From NCBI GenBank assembly GCA_027460535.1, contig JAPZAR010000027.1, forward strand, positions 270,554 through 302,553: a stretch of DNA of 32,000 bases. The letters run 5' to 3'. This DNA is from Candidatus Methanoperedens sp. (GTDB lineage Archaea; Halobacteriota; Methanosarcinia; Methanosarcinales; Methanoperedenaceae). Of this stretch, positions 10,065-20,583 are shown in pieces. Within the stretch, counting starts at the first letter, position 1. Each line of letters begins with the position of its first letter. The position numbers and the translations under genes were made by a program. The notes under the pieces are model-generated. The model had not been told where the DNA came from, did no database searches, and saw only the letters and a program-made list of their open reading frames with translations.

Positions 10065-10249
10065 TGGCCGAGAACGTCTGCAAAGAATGCCACAGGATAG
10101 TCACAGGGCAGGTATGCCAGGTCTGCAATTCAACATCCCTGACCTCAGACTGGAGCGGCTATGTAGTGATCATCGACCCTGCAAAATCCCAGATCGCAAA
10201 AAGACTGAGTGTTACGTTACCAGGGAAGTACGCATTAAAGGTGCGATAG
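10064..10249 (+). CDS. spt4: Transcription elongation factor Spt4 (RpoE'')
   Basis: 61 aa with the zinc ribbon CKECHRIV..CQVCNS followed by the DWSGYVVIIDP motif. Confidence 0.85.
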   Translation: MAENVCKECHRIVTGQVCQVCNSTSLTSDWSGYVVIIDPAKSQIAKRLSVTLPGKYALKVR

Positions 10250-10250
10250 T

Positions 10251-10787
10251 TTGAAAAGATACTGCCTCCCGAGCGAATTAAGGACCGAACTCCGGAAACT
10301 CCATGGGGAACTTTACCGGGGGGATGGGATCGAAACCGCAAGACGGATCATCGGAGATTTGATACACCCCACTAAAATAATCACTGTTGGAGATATCGTG
10401 ACGTTCAATCTCCTGAACGCGGGGCTGGTTCCGAATATATCCTTCGTGGATGACAGGACAAAGCGAAGCCGCGCTTCCGATGAAGTAACGCATGGTACGA
10501 AGCATCCCCGTTTTCAAACCATTATGGTCGAAAACCCGCCGGGAACGATAACGGAAGAACTATTGCAGGAAGTATCAAAAGCTATGGAATCCGAAAATCC
10601 CGTAAGAATATTTGTCAAGGGCGAGGAGGATCTGGCTGCTTTACCCGCGATTGCGATGGCACCCATTTCATCAGTAGTTATATATGGGTTGCCGGAGGAA
10701 GGGGCGGTATTGGTCAGAGTAACAGATCAAAAGAAAAAAGAAATCCAATCATTACTTGATAGAATGAAATGCAAGGAGGAAAAATAA
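10251..10787 (+). CDS. DUF359 protein (archaeal GTP-dependent dephospho-CoA kinase family)
   Basis: Conserved TVGDIVT and VDDRTKR segments. It holds the conserved position before rps24e. The start codon is TTG. Confidence 0.7.
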   Translation: MKRYCLPSELRTELRKLHGELYRGDGIETARRIIGDLIHPTKIITVGDIVTFNLLNAGLVPNISFVDDRTKRSRASDEVTHGTKHPRFQTIMVENPPGTITEELLQEVSKAMESENPVRIFVKGEEDLAALPAIAMAPISSVVIYGLPEEGAVLVRVTDQKKKEIQSLLDRMKCKEEK

Positions 10788-11206
10788 TGGAACTTCAAAT
10801 CATTAAAGACAAGACAAATCCCTTTTTGAACAGAAGAGAGATCTCTTTAAGAATTAAGAACAAGGGAACACCCTCGAGGATAGAAGTAAAGAATAAGCTT
10901 GCCGCATTAGCTAATTCCAAACCCGAATTGATTGTCATAGAGCATCTTGACACGGAATTCGGGGGACATGAAGTTCTTGGGGCGGCCAGCATTTATCAGA
11001 GTGAAGAGAGACTGAAGCAACTGGCACATCAGCATCTCGTTGTAAGAGGGATGCCCAAAGCTGCTGAGGGTGCCGCAGCAGAGGCCACACCTAAAGAGGC
11101 AGCAGCACCTGAAGCCAAGAAGGAAGCGAAGCCAGAAGCAAAGAAGGAACCTGAAGCCAAAAAGGAAACAAAGGCTGAAGCAAAGAAAGAACCTGAAAAG
11201 AAGTGA
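10787..11206 (+). CDS. rps24e: Ribosomal protein S24e with a roughly 50 aa Ala/Pro/Glu/Lys repeat tail
   Basis: The N-terminus NPFLNRREISLRI is typical of S24e. The ATG at 10787 overlaps the DUF359 stop. Confidence 0.9.
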   Translation: MELQIIKDKTNPFLNRREISLRIKNKGTPSRIEVKNKLAALANSKPELIVIEHLDTEFGGHEVLGAASIYQSEERLKQLAHQHLVVRGMPKAAEGAAAEATPKEAAAPEAKKEAKPEAKKEPEAKKETKAEAKKEPEKK

Positions 11207-11211
11207 TTTCA

Positions 11212-11361
11212 ATGGCAGTACATGAATTTTACGAAGTAAGTGGAAATAAAGCAAAAAAGATCAGGCAGTCATGTCCGCGATGCGGTCCGGGCGTATTTCT
11301 CGGAGAGCACAATAACAGGTACGCATGCGGGAAGTGCGGTTATACTGAATTCAAGAAATAA
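11212..11361 (+). CDS. rps27ae: Ribosomal protein S27ae
   Basis: A 49 aa ORF absent from the supplied track. It has the zinc ribbon CPRCGPGVFL...CGKCGY and lies immediately after rps24e, as in other archaea. Confidence 0.85.
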   Translation: MAVHEFYEVSGNKAKKIRQSCPRCGPGVFLGEHNNRYACGKCGYTEFKK

Positions 11362-11413
11362 TTTATTATCCTCATTTTTCCCCAATTCCATGCATTGATT
11401 CTCGCTCAATGCA
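11362..11413 (+). terminator. Possible terminator region after rps27ae (oligo-T tracts plus an 8-bp hairpin)
   Basis: TTTATTATCCTCATTTTTCCCC is followed by TGCATTGA-ttctcgc-TCAATGCA (11391-11413). Confidence 0.3.
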
Positions 11414-11609
11414 CTACCCCCGTGGACATGAGAAATCGGCCTTCAGCGCCGGCAAAAGCCAGCCATTCAAGACGCGTGCTGGAAATTATGTTTCATACGG
11501 TCATCTCCCGCAAAGAATAAATACCATAATGCAATTGTGGACTGCATCCATCACGATTAATTATTAAAAAAATAAAATATATATTAAACAGTTATTCCGG
11601 AGAAGATAA

Positions 11610-12155
11610 ATGAAGGAAATTCGAATACACGGCCGCGGCGGGCAGGGCTCTGTTACCGCAGCCGAGCTTTTGGCAGTGGCAGCATTTGAAGACGGGAAAT
11701 ACAGCCAGGCATTCCCTGCTTTCGGCGTTGAAAGAAGAGGCGCTCCTGTAACGGCCTTCGTGCGCCTGAGCGATAAACCGATACGCCTTCGAAGCCAGAT
11801 ATACGAACCTGATTATGTCATAGTGCAGGACGCGACACTCGTCGATGTTGTCAACGTTGCGGCGGGAGCCAAACCTGAAGGGATAATTCTCATTAATACT
11901 GAAAAAAGCCCTGAATCATTCAACCTTGAGACAAAGGCAGCCGTTAAGACACTTGATGCTACGAAACTGGCAATGGATTTCATCGGGAAACCAATTGTTA
12001 ACACTACATTGATCGGAGCATTTGCCGGAGTCTCTGGTCTCATAAATCCGGAGTCCATAAAAAACGCGGTGATGGAGAGGTTCCCGGGAAAAGTTGGAGA
12101 AAAGAACGCCGCGGCTATTCAGGTGGCTTACGATCTCATGGAGGCGCAGCGATGA
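11610..12155 (+). CDS. porC: Pyruvate:ferredoxin oxidoreductase gamma subunit
   Basis: [19 protein letters not shown] at the N-terminus. It is the first gene of a four-gene overlapping operon. Confidence 0.85.
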   Translation: MKEIRIHGRGGQGSVTAAELLAVAAFEDGKYSQAFPAFGVERRGAPVTAFVRLSDKPIRLRSQIYEPDYVIVQDATLVDVVNVAAGAKPEGIILINTEKSPESFNLETKAAVKTLDATKLAMDFIGKPIVNTTLIGAFAGVSGLINPESIKNAVMERFPGKVGEKNAAAIQVAYDLMEAQR

Positions 12156-12412
12156 AACTTATTATTAAGACTGTTGTCAAACCCGGGAGCACACGTGCGA
12201 ACAAGACCGGAGCATGGCGTTCATTCATGCCTGTTTTTGATCATAAGCTCTGCAGTAAGTGCGGCATCTGCGCCATGTATTGCCCGGAGGGGATCGTGTA
12301 CAAACTGGAGAACGGCTATTTTGAGCCTGATTATGAATACTGTAAAGGCTGCGGCATATGTGCGAACGAGTGCCCTAAGAAAGCAATAAAAATGGTGCTG
12401 GAGGGAAAATGA
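12152..12412 (+). CDS. porD: Pyruvate:ferredoxin oxidoreductase delta subunit (2x[4Fe-4S])
   Basis: Two CxxCxxCxxxCP motifs: [12 protein letters not shown] and [12 protein letters not shown]. Confidence 0.85.
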   Translation: MKLIIKTVVKPGSTRANKTGAWRSFMPVFDHKLCSKCGICAMYCPEGIVYKLENGYFEPDYEYCKGCGICANECPKKAIKMVLEGK

Positions 12413-13596
12413 GGAACAGGATGAAAGTCGTGGAAGGCTCTTACGCAGTCGCGCACGCGGTCAAGGTGTGCAGGCCCAATGTGATATCAGCCTACCCTAT
12501 AACCCCTCAGACACATATCGTGGAAGACCTGTCACAGTTCGCTGCAGACGGTGAAATGAACTGCGAGTACATGAACGTGGAATCAGAGTTCTCAGCGATC
12601 TCTGCCCTGATAGGAGCCAGCGCCACAGGGGCAAGGACCTATTCCTCAACGACCTCGCAGGGACTTGCGCTGATGCATGAGGCGCTATTCAATGCCTCCG
12701 GCATGAGACTGCCTATTATTATGACCGTGGTGAACCGGGCGCTGAGTGCCCCCATCAATATATGGAACGATCAGCAGGACTCAATATCGCAGAGAGATGC
12801 CGGCTGGATCCAGCTCTATGCAGAGGATGTCCAGGAGTCTGCTGATATGGTACCACAGATTTATAAGATCGCGGAAGACCCTGAGGTTCTGTTGCCTGCG
12901 ATGTCATGCATGGACGGGTTCATCCTTTCCCATGTTTATGAGCCCGTGATCCTGCTTGAGCAGAGCCTGACGGATGAATTCCTGCCAGCTTATTCCCCGG
13001 AATTCGTGCTTGACCCCAAAAACCCAATGTCATTCGGGGCTTTCGCAGACCCGAGCACATACACGGAGTTCAGGTACAATCAGGAGAAAGCCATGGGTGT
13101 TGCACTTAAGAAAATAGAGGAAGTCGCCAGTGAATTCAAGGACGTGTATGGGAGATATTACGGCGGGCTGATCGACGGTTATGCGCTTGATGACGCCGAT
13201 ATAGTTATAATGGCTATGGGTTCGGTCATCGGTACGATAAAGGACACGATAGACGAGCTCAGAAGCAAGGGGGAATCGGTCGGCCTTCTCAAAGTAAGGG
13301 CATTTCGGCCTTTCCCCGCAGATGCTATTCGCGCGGCTTTGAAGAACGCCAAAGTCGTTGTTACCCTTGATAAGAATATCTCCATAGGAAAGAACGAAGG
13401 CGCACTGTGCACCGAGGTCAAGGCATGCCTCCATAATACCGATCTTCGCACTCCTGTTATCGGTTTCATGCTCGGGCATGGAGGACGGGATATTTCCATG
13501 AATACCATCAAGAAGATCATAAATAAAGCCAAGCTGGTTGAAAAGGGGATATTCATTGAAAGCGAATTCGCAGACCTGAGGGAGGATTTCATATGA
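12409..13596 (+). CDS. porA: Pyruvate:ferredoxin oxidoreductase alpha subunit
   Basis: 395 aa with the [27 protein letters not shown]-terminus typical of Por/Vor alpha subunits. Confidence 0.85.
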   Translation: MRNRMKVVEGSYAVAHAVKVCRPNVISAYPITPQTHIVEDLSQFAADGEMNCEYMNVESEFSAISALIGASATGARTYSSTTSQGLALMHEALFNASGMRLPIIMTVVNRALSAPINIWNDQQDSISQRDAGWIQLYAEDVQESADMVPQIYKIAEDPEVLLPAMSCMDGFILSHVYEPVILLEQSLTDEFLPAYSPEFVLDPKNPMSFGAFADPSTYTEFRYNQEKAMGVALKKIEEVASEFKDVYGRYYGGLIDGYALDDADIVIMAMGSVIGTIKDTIDELRSKGESVGLLKVRAFRPFPADAIRAALKNAKVVVTLDKNISIGKNEGALCTEVKACLHNTDLRTPVIGFMLGHGGRDISMNTIKKIINKAKLVEKGIFIESEFADLREDFI

Positions 13597-14465
13597 GCCT
13601 TCTTAAACCCGGTCACCGCGGGTGCGCTGGATGCTGCGATGCCCTCGCAGGGAAGTTCGTTCTTGATGCTATCGGCGAGGACTGTATTATTGTGAGTCCC
13701 ACAGGCTGCCTGGAGGTCTTCACCACCCCCTATCCCGAATCTGCCTGGGGCGTGCCCTGGATACACTCTCTCTTTGAGAATGCTGCGGCCGTTGCATCTG
13801 GCGTTGAGGCGGCGCTCAAGGCAATGGGTAAAAAGAACAATACCAGGATAATCGCGATCGGTGGTGACGGTGCAACACTGGATATTGGCCTGCAGGCCAT
13901 CTCCGGAGCGTTTGAGCGCGGGCATGATTTCACTTATATTTGCGTGGATAACGAAGCCTACATGAACACCGGTATCCAGAGAAGCAGTGCGACCCCGCTT
14001 TATGCCAGCACGACCACCAGCCCTTCTGGAAAGGTATCGTTCGGCAATCCCCAGCATAAGAAAAATATGCCTGCTATCATAGCGGCTCATGGATCTCCCT
14101 ATATTGCCACAGCGTCGGTGGCTTATGCCCCCGATATGATGAAAAAGGTGAAGAAAGCGGCAGAGACGAAGGGACCGACCTATGTGCATGTTCACGCGCC
14201 CTGCTGCACGGGCTGGAAGTTCGAGGGTTCAAAAACGATCGAGGTTGGAAAGCTGGCAGTGGAAACCGCAATGTGGCCATTATACGAGATGGAGAATGGC
14301 GAGATTACAGGTGTACGCAAGCTGCGGAACCGCAAGCCAGTCGAGGAATACCTCAAAGTCCAGGGAAGGTTCAAGCATCTCTTCACAATGGAAGGCGGTG
14401 CCGAGGAGATTAAGAAGATACAGGCGATCGCGGACTGGAATGTGAAGCATTTCGAGCTGGAGTGA
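13593..14465 (+). CDS. porB: Pyruvate:ferredoxin oxidoreductase beta subunit (TPP-binding)
   Basis: [12 protein letters not shown] and [17 protein letters not shown] (TPP motif). Substrate specificity (pyruvate versus another 2-oxoacid) is not provable from the sequence. Confidence 0.8.
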   Translation: MSLLKPGHRGCAGCCDALAGKFVLDAIGEDCIIVSPTGCLEVFTTPYPESAWGVPWIHSLFENAAAVASGVEAALKAMGKKNNTRIIAIGGDGATLDIGLQAISGAFERGHDFTYICVDNEAYMNTGIQRSSATPLYASTTTSPSGKVSFGNPQHKKNMPAIIAAHGSPYIATASVAYAPDMMKKVKKAAETKGPTYVHVHAPCCTGWKFEGSKTIEVGKLAVETAMWPLYEMENGEITGVRKLRNRKPVEEYLKVQGRFKHLFTMEGGAEEIKKIQAIADWNVKHFELE

Positions 14466-14654
14466 GTGCTTTATCAACCGGAATCCGCCTCAAATCAAAA
14501 TCAGCCAAGCTGCTCCATTTGTGAATTGCATGCAGTTAGTGAATCGTGAATTATACTATTTTTTAAGTATTTTGTTATAAAAGTCAAATGGGGCACTATT
14601 ACTATCAATAATAATTTATATCTGTATCACTGTTAGATAATATGTGCAATTTGA

Positions 14655-15056
14655 ATGAACCCTGATGAAATAGACGAACTTTTAAAAAGTAGTGTGGAGA
14701 GGCTCAAAAATATCTATGGGTTTGAAAAAGTCAGATTTATCATATTGTACGGTTCCGCTGTCAAGGGTATGACACGTGAAAACTCGGATATCGACCTTTG
14801 TATCGATATTGAGGCGGAATCTGATTACGAACGTTCAAAGTTCAGGCTCAGTGTTTTATCGGAACTCCCTGATTATTTCGATGTCCAGATATTTGCACAG
14901 CTTCCCTTGTATGTGAAAAAAGAGGTGTTGAAAGGCAAAGTTATTTTTTGCAGAGATGAAGAATATCTGTATGAAATTGCGATTTCGACAATAAAAGAAT
15001 TTGAGGATTTCAAGTATCGTTTCTATGATTATATCGGGGAGAGGGCCCTTGCATGA
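14655..15056 (+). CDS. Minimal nucleotidyltransferase (MNT) antitoxin-type protein
   Basis: Pol-beta NTase signature YGSAVKGMTRENSDIDLCI. The gene overlaps the following HEPN gene. Confidence 0.8.
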   Translation: MNPDEIDELLKSSVERLKNIYGFEKVRFIILYGSAVKGMTRENSDIDLCIDIEAESDYERSKFRLSVLSELPDYFDVQIFAQLPLYVKKEVLKGKVIFCRDEEYLYEIAISTIKEFEDFKYRFYDYIGERALA

Positions 15057-15475
15057 GGACAGAAATAATTAGGACAAAAATCGAAGAAATCCGGGAGAGC
15101 CTGGAGCTTATCAGGGAAAATTTACCTGATAGTTTTGAAACGTTCGCATCGCTTGGGCTTGTAAAAGACGGCATGTACAAGAGGATTGAATTCTCCATCG
15201 AAAATGTTTTTGATATTTGTGCCATCATCAATACCGATCTCAGGCTTGGGATACCGCAATCGGATGGCGAAATCGTTGAAATTTTACTTAGAAATGGGGT
15301 TATCGATAGCGAAATGAAGGAAAAGCTAAAATCCATGAAGGGCTTCCGGAATATTATTGTTCACAGGTATGGCGGAATAGATGATAGACTTTCGTACGAG
15401 TTTTTCAACGAGAAACTTGGAGACTTCGATGAGTTTATTGAGAGAATAACTGACTTTATGAAGATGCAAAAATAA
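15053..15475 (+). CDS. HEPN (DUF86) toxin-type protein
   Basis: R-x4-H-x-Y motif RNIIVHRY. It is paired with the upstream MNT gene. Confidence 0.8.
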   Translation: MRTEIIRTKIEEIRESLELIRENLPDSFETFASLGLVKDGMYKRIEFSIENVFDICAIINTDLRLGIPQSDGEIVEILLRNGVIDSEMKEKLKSMKGFRNIIVHRYGGIDDRLSYEFFNEKLGDFDEFIERITDFMKMQK

Positions 15476-15500
15476 CCTGTGAATAAATGCAAGGGGGTAG

Positions 15501-15875
<375 letters not shown>

Positions 15876-15964
15876 GCTTCAATGCCATAACTGATATCCA
15901 GTATTTATTCTTTTTATTCGGCATCCAACAAACTAATATGCATAAACTGCTATTCTAACAGAAC

Positions 15965-16798
15965 ATGATCCGTCTTGGAAAGATCGCCTTTGCTAATTGT
16001 GATTTCCCATATTACGCATTGGAACACGGCAGGATAGAAGCGCAGGATATCAAGATCACAGAAGGGCATCCAGTTGAACTCGCACGGCAGTTGTTCAATG
16101 GCGAACTGGATATCAGCCCAATTTCTTCCATCATGTACGCCAAACGAAAGGATCTCCTCATATTACCGCGTCTTTCCATCACATCCAATGACTTTACCAA
16201 AAGCGTGCTGATATGCTCAAACGGTAAAATGCATCTTTCTGAGCTCGAGGGAAAAACGCTCTGCATCCCTGAGACAACGGCAAGTTCTGCCACATTGATC
16301 AGGATAATATTACGACAAATGGGCGTGAATATAAAATTCAGGCAGTGCCAGGGGAATGATGTCGGTGGTATGCTCAAGGAAGGAGATGCAGCCCTCTTGA
16401 TTGGCGACAGTGCCCTCCATGCGATAGGAAAACATCGCATTATTGCGGACCTGGGTAATGAATGGAAAAAGATGACCGGGAAGAAAATGGTCTATGCGAT
16501 CTGGGTTGTAAGGGAGGATTTCGCCAGGGAGAATCCTGATAAAGTAAGGTATGCGCTGGACGCATTGCTTCGGTCAAAGGACTATGCTTATGAACACGTG
16601 AACGAGATAGCCAATTCCATAGGACGGGAGAAAAAAATCGACTGCGGGTTCATGCAGGAATACCTGCATACCTTGAATTATGATTTCGATACCGAGAGTG
16701 TGGAAAGCCTTCTCCTTTATTTTAAATATGCAAAAGAATGCGGCATTGAAGGGGATGTCGAACTTCGTTTCTTTGATACGGATGATGGCGATGCTTAA
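15965..16798 (+). CDS. mqnA: MqnA/MqnD-family menaquinone (futalosine pathway) biosynthesis protein
   Basis: A periplasmic-binding-protein-like layout typical of the VitK2_biosynth family, with LGKIAFANCDFPYYAL, DAALLIGDSAL and YAIWVVRED. Confidence 0.65.
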   Translation: MIRLGKIAFANCDFPYYALEHGRIEAQDIKITEGHPVELARQLFNGELDISPISSIMYAKRKDLLILPRLSITSNDFTKSVLICSNGKMHLSELEGKTLCIPETTASSATLIRIILRQMGVNIKFRQCQGNDVGGMLKEGDAALLIGDSALHAIGKHRIIADLGNEWKKMTGKKMVYAIWVVREDFARENPDKVRYALDALLRSKDYAYEHVNEIANSIGREKKIDCGFMQEYLHTLNYDFDTESVESLLLYFKYAKECGIEGDVELRFFDTDDGDA

Positions 16799-17177
16799 AG
16801 CATGGATACTTTGTTCAATATTATTGATCGGGGCTCTTTCGGGCTGCCTTAATGAAAAACCCGCCGAGAATGTTACTGAAAATAAGACCGATGCGACAGC
16901 CACTCCTCCTCTTTATACAGTGCCGGAGCCCACAACCGTCTATGTTGAGATCCATGGTTCCAGGTTTAATCCAATCGAGATGAAGGTAGTTAACGGAACC
17001 ACTGTGCGGTGGACGAATCTTGACAGCGCTCTGTACATAGTGAATGTGGATAATTCCAGTTCTCCGCCGCTCTATAAAAGAGACTCGTGGAGCTATACTT
17101 TTAATAAAACGGGGATCTTTGAATTCAATTGTTCCATTCATCCCTCAATACCCAAAGGACGCATTATCGTGGAATGA
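16782..17177 (+). CDS. Secreted cupredoxin-like (pseudoazurin/plastocyanin-like) putative lipoprotein
   Basis: The signal peptide ends in LSGC. The domain pattern is VRWTN...FNCSIHPSIPKGRIIV. The preferred start at 16782 overlaps the mqnA 3' end. Confidence 0.6.
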   Translation: MMAMLKAWILCSILLIGALSGCLNEKPAENVTENKTDATATPPLYTVPEPTTVYVEIHGSRFNPIEMKVVNGTTVRWTNLDSALYIVNVDNSSSPPLYKRDSWSYTFNKTGIFEFNCSIHPSIPKGRIIVE

Positions 17178-17202
17178 CGCCGGTCCTTCAATTTTGAACT
17201 CT

Positions 17203-18114
17203 ATGGAAATGAAAATAACCCCCTCGCCACCGTTTGATTTTGAATTGAGTTCCATCATATTTTCTGATGGTGATGCGCAGTATCGAAGGTACGAGAACGG
17301 GAAATTTTGGCAGGTCATAAGATTAGACGGTAAACTGATTCTTATCACCGTGACATCTACGGGGAATGTTGATAAACCGCAATTATCCATTGAACTGAGT
17401 TCCAGCGAAGAAATTACCTATAACGACAGGAAATTAGTCGAAGAATTCATCGTTTCCATTTTCAATTTGGACTTTGACCTGGAACAGTTCTATGAAAGCA
17501 TAAAAAATGATAAATTAATGTCAACTGTAGCTCGCCGGCTCAGGGGACTGAGAAGTCCCACGACCCAGACCGTTTTTGAAAGCCTGGTAGATTCAATTGT
17601 CGAACAACAAATATCGCTGAAAGCGGCGCACACTATACAAATGAAAATGATCAAAAATTTTGGCGACAATTTGAAGATAGGGAATAGGATTTATTATGCA
17701 TTTCCAGAGCCGCAAAAATTGGCTTCCCTAAACCTTGAGATGCTGAAGAGATGTGGATTGAGCCTGAAAAAATCAGAATATATAGGAGATATTTCCAGAT
17801 CCATCACAGAGGGCAACCTGGATCTGGAGAACTTCAAGAACCATGAAAATACAAAAGAAATTATCGAAGAACTCTGCAAAATCCGGGGAATCGGGATATG
17901 GACGGCAGAGCTTACGATGATAAGGGGCATGCATAAGTTGGAGTCTTTCCCTGCTGATGATATAGGACTGAGAAGGATTATTTCGCATTACTATTGTAAC
18001 GATAAAGAGATAACGGCCATGGAGGGGCGAAGGATCGCTGAGAACTGGGGAAAATGGAAAGGACTGGCAGGATATTATCTGTTGATCGCTGAGAAACTGG
18101 GCATCAAAATATGA
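17203..18114 (+). CDS. HhH-GPD DNA glycosylase (AlkA / 3-methyladenine glycosylase II-like)
   Basis: HhH IRGIGIWTAELTMI followed by the catalytic-Asp context FPADDIGLRR. The ATG at 17203 is preferred because the upstream ORF extension lies inside the cupredoxin gene. Confidence 0.75.
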   Translation: MEMKITPSPPFDFELSSIIFSDGDAQYRRYENGKFWQVIRLDGKLILITVTSTGNVDKPQLSIELSSSEEITYNDRKLVEEFIVSIFNLDFDLEQFYESIKNDKLMSTVARRLRGLRSPTTQTVFESLVDSIVEQQISLKAAHTIQMKMIKNFGDNLKIGNRIYYAFPEPQKLASLNLEMLKRCGLSLKKSEYIGDISRSITEGNLDLENFKNHENTKEIIEELCKIRGIGIWTAELTMIRGMHKLESFPADDIGLRRIISHYYCNDKEITAMEGRRIAENWGKWKGLAGYYLLIAEKLGIKI

Positions 18115-18188
18115 AAGAGCCTCATTTGGCAATGTTCACAGATTATAAATCATATGAATCGAAATAAAGTTAATATCTGGAGAAATGG

Positions 18189-19409
18189 ATGATCAAAATA
18201 AATTCTGTATTTGTTCTGTTGATCCTGGTAATCTCCGCCACCGGAGCACAGGGACAGCCGAGCTCTTCTCCATTCGATGTTATATATGTATTATCCGTCC
18301 CGCACCTTTCGCCCGGTGACGGGAACGTCGGGCTGGATTTCACCATCCAGAATAATGAGGATGCTTCTTTCGATAATGTAAAAGTATATCTTTTCTTAAG
18401 ATATCCTTTTTCCGCCTCGGTACCTCCCAACAATAAAATGGGAGAGCTGGCAAGTCCGGGCTATCTCATAGGCAGTGGTGGCTCGGGGGATGAATATACA
18501 CCGTATTTCAATCTTGCTCCCAGGATGGCGCATAAGACTTTTTTCAAGATAGACGTGGACAGGACCGCAAAATACGGGCTCTATGACATACCTTACACGA
18601 TTTTCTACGGTCAGAATAATGAATACAATGGCAAGATCACCGTTGCTGTCAAGGGCGATACCCTCATAGAGGTCAAAAACGTCTCCGTGGCATCAAACAA
18701 CTCGCAAATCGAGCCTGGCGAGGTCTTCAAGATCGCAGTCACTTTTGAAAATGTCGGCGATAATGGCATCAAATGGCTGAAGCTCACCCTGAACCCGGAA
18801 GATAAATCTCTTGTGCCCCTTTCCTCTGCTTCCGAGCGCGTTTTCAAAGACATACCGCAGGGATCGAAAAATGATGCTGAATTCTGGTTCTCCCTGGAAA
18901 AAGATGCTGCGGCCAAAAATTATCCTATTGATCTCGTACTTGATTATATGGACGAAAGAGGAGTGGAATATAATGAGACAAAGCAGGTTGGGATCGTAGC
19001 GGCGGGAAGGGCGACACTCGATATCGCAAAAAAGACCACGGAACCTGCCAGGATAAAAGAAAACGAACCTTTCGCACTCACCCTGAAGATCGAAAACACA
19101 GGAACGGGGGACGCGAAAGGAGTTACCGCGCGCCTTGAATCCGGGTTTGAAGGGGACACACTTGCATACCTTGGTGAGATAAAAAAGGATGATTATTCAA
19201 ACGCCATTTTTACACTGGATGGGACAAAGAGCGGGAAAAAGACTGGCATACTTCGGATAAGTTACGAAGATGATTTCGGAAAGCAGGAGATACAGAGAGA
19301 GCTGATACTGATAGTCAACCCGGGCGACAGCCAGAACCCCGTTCCCTTCATAGCAGGGATAACAGTCGTAGCAGCCCTGATATTATACTGGAAGCGAAGG
19401 AAAACCTGA
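18189..19409 (+). CDS. Surface protein with COG1361/CARDB-like beta-sandwich repeats, an N-terminal signal and a C-terminal TM anchor
   Basis: The signal peptide is VFVLLILVISATGAQG. Repeated segments resemble FxIxVxxENVG (VTFENVGDNG, LKIENTGTGDA). The C-terminal anchor is ITVVAALILYWKRRK. Confidence 0.6.
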   Translation: MIKINSVFVLLILVISATGAQGQPSSSPFDVIYVLSVPHLSPGDGNVGLDFTIQNNEDASFDNVKVYLFLRYPFSASVPPNNKMGELASPGYLIGSGGSGDEYTPYFNLAPRMAHKTFFKIDVDRTAKYGLYDIPYTIFYGQNNEYNGKITVAVKGDTLIEVKNVSVASNNSQIEPGEVFKIAVTFENVGDNGIKWLKLTLNPEDKSLVPLSSASERVFKDIPQGSKNDAEFWFSLEKDAAAKNYPIDLVLDYMDERGVEYNETKQVGIVAAGRATLDIAKKTTEPARIKENEPFALTLKIENTGTGDAKGVTARLESGFEGDTLAYLGEIKKDDYSNAIFTLDGTKSGKKTGILRISYEDDFGKQEIQRELILIVNPGDSQNPVPFIAGITVVAALILYWKRRKT

Positions 19410-19413
19410 TATC

Positions 19414-20583
19414 ATGAAAGCCTGGCTTTTTCTTGCCATCAAGGACCTCTCAAAAAGGAGACGCGAGACCCTGATGGTCATCCTGGCCATAACAATAGGC
19501 GTGGTCGGTCCACTTTTCACCACGGCGCTGAATAACGGGATGCAGAACGCATTTGTGGGGAATGCCGTGGATGTGTATATCGGGCATCTGCAGATACAGC
19601 CCAACACGGGTGAGACTGTTATTGCGAAATCTGAAAGCGTGCTGTCAAAAGTCCAGGGAATAAAAGGCATTGCAGGGGCTGCGCCGCGGATAAACGGTGG
19701 CGTGGATATAGAATCGAAAACAGAAAAGGTCGGTATAGCGATATTCGGTATCAAACCGTCGCTTGAGGAAAAAGCTTCCACGCTGGCTAAAACCATGGAG
19801 AGAGGTGAGTTCCTCGACGACAAGGACAAAAATGAACTGCTGATCGGCACGTCACTTTCAGAGGTCTTGAAAGTCGATGTGGGAGATACGGTCCTTGTCC
19901 AGTACCAGGACAGACAGCCGGTGGAGTTCAGGATAAAGGGCATTGTCAGCACGGGAACCTGGGAACTTGACAGGTACGGCATAATCTCCACATACGATAC
20001 CGTCAAAGAGCTTATCGAAAAAGAGGATGCCACGAGCATACTGATAAGGCTTGAAAACCCCGAGGATTCGATGAAGTTCAAGACCATGATCCAGAAAGAG
20101 ACAGCGCTTTCCAATGTAAAGACCTGGCAGGAGCTTTCTGCCGGCATGGCGGGTATGATCGAGACGTTCGGGGCAATCTCCCTCCTGACCTCTGCTATCT
20201 CCATTTTTGTTGCAGCAATCGCGATAAGCCTGATAATATATACAACAGTGAAAAACAAGATACGCGAGATAGGGGTGCTAAAAGCGATAGGTGCAAGAGG
20301 CTCAGTGATACTTAGGATCTATCTTGCCGAGGCTCTCTTCATAGGGATCATAGGGACAGCTCTGGGCACTATGATCGGAATGTTCCTCATAAACGGGATG
20401 CAGCAGCATCCCATCATAATGCGGCCTGAATACGGCATGAAACTCGTTATTACACCATGGATATCCTCAAGATCAATAATCGCGGCCGATCTCTCCATCC
20501 TCCTGACCTGTATCATTGGCGGGATATATCCTGCTATCATCGCTGCGAGGACAAATATTATAAAAGCAATATGGAGTGGATAG
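19414..20583 (+). CDS. MacB/FtsX-type ABC transporter permease
   Basis: An N-terminal TM, a large extracytoplasmic domain, then a C-terminal three-TM FtsX domain containing REIGVLKAIGA. Confidence 0.8.
   Translation: MKAWLFLAIKDLSKRRRETLMVILAITIGVVGPLFTTALNNGMQNAFVGNAVDVYIGHLQIQPNTGETVIAKSESVLSKVQGIKGIAGAAPRINGGVDIESKTEKVGIAIFGIKPSLEEKASTLAKTMERGEFLDDKDKNELLIGTSLSEVLKVDVGDTVLVQYQDRQPVEFRIKGIVSTGTWELDRYGIISTYDTVKELIEKEDATSILIRLENPEDSMKFKTMIQKETALSNVKTWQELSAGMAGMIETFGAISLLTSAISIFVAAIAISLIIYTTVKNKIREIGVLKAIGARGSVILRIYLAEALFIGIIGTALGTMIGMFLINGMQQHPIIMRPEYGMKLVITPWISSRSIIAADLSILLTCIIGGIYPAIIAARTNIIKAIWSG

Noticed and set aside
13179-14195. 338-aa ORF on the minus strand
   Set aside because: It is antisense to porA and porB, and it is Arg/Ser/Gly-rich as expected from the complement of GC-rich third codon positions.
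19383-20258. 291-aa ORF on the minus strand
   Set aside because: It is antisense to the FtsX/MacB permease, which has the expected TM topology.
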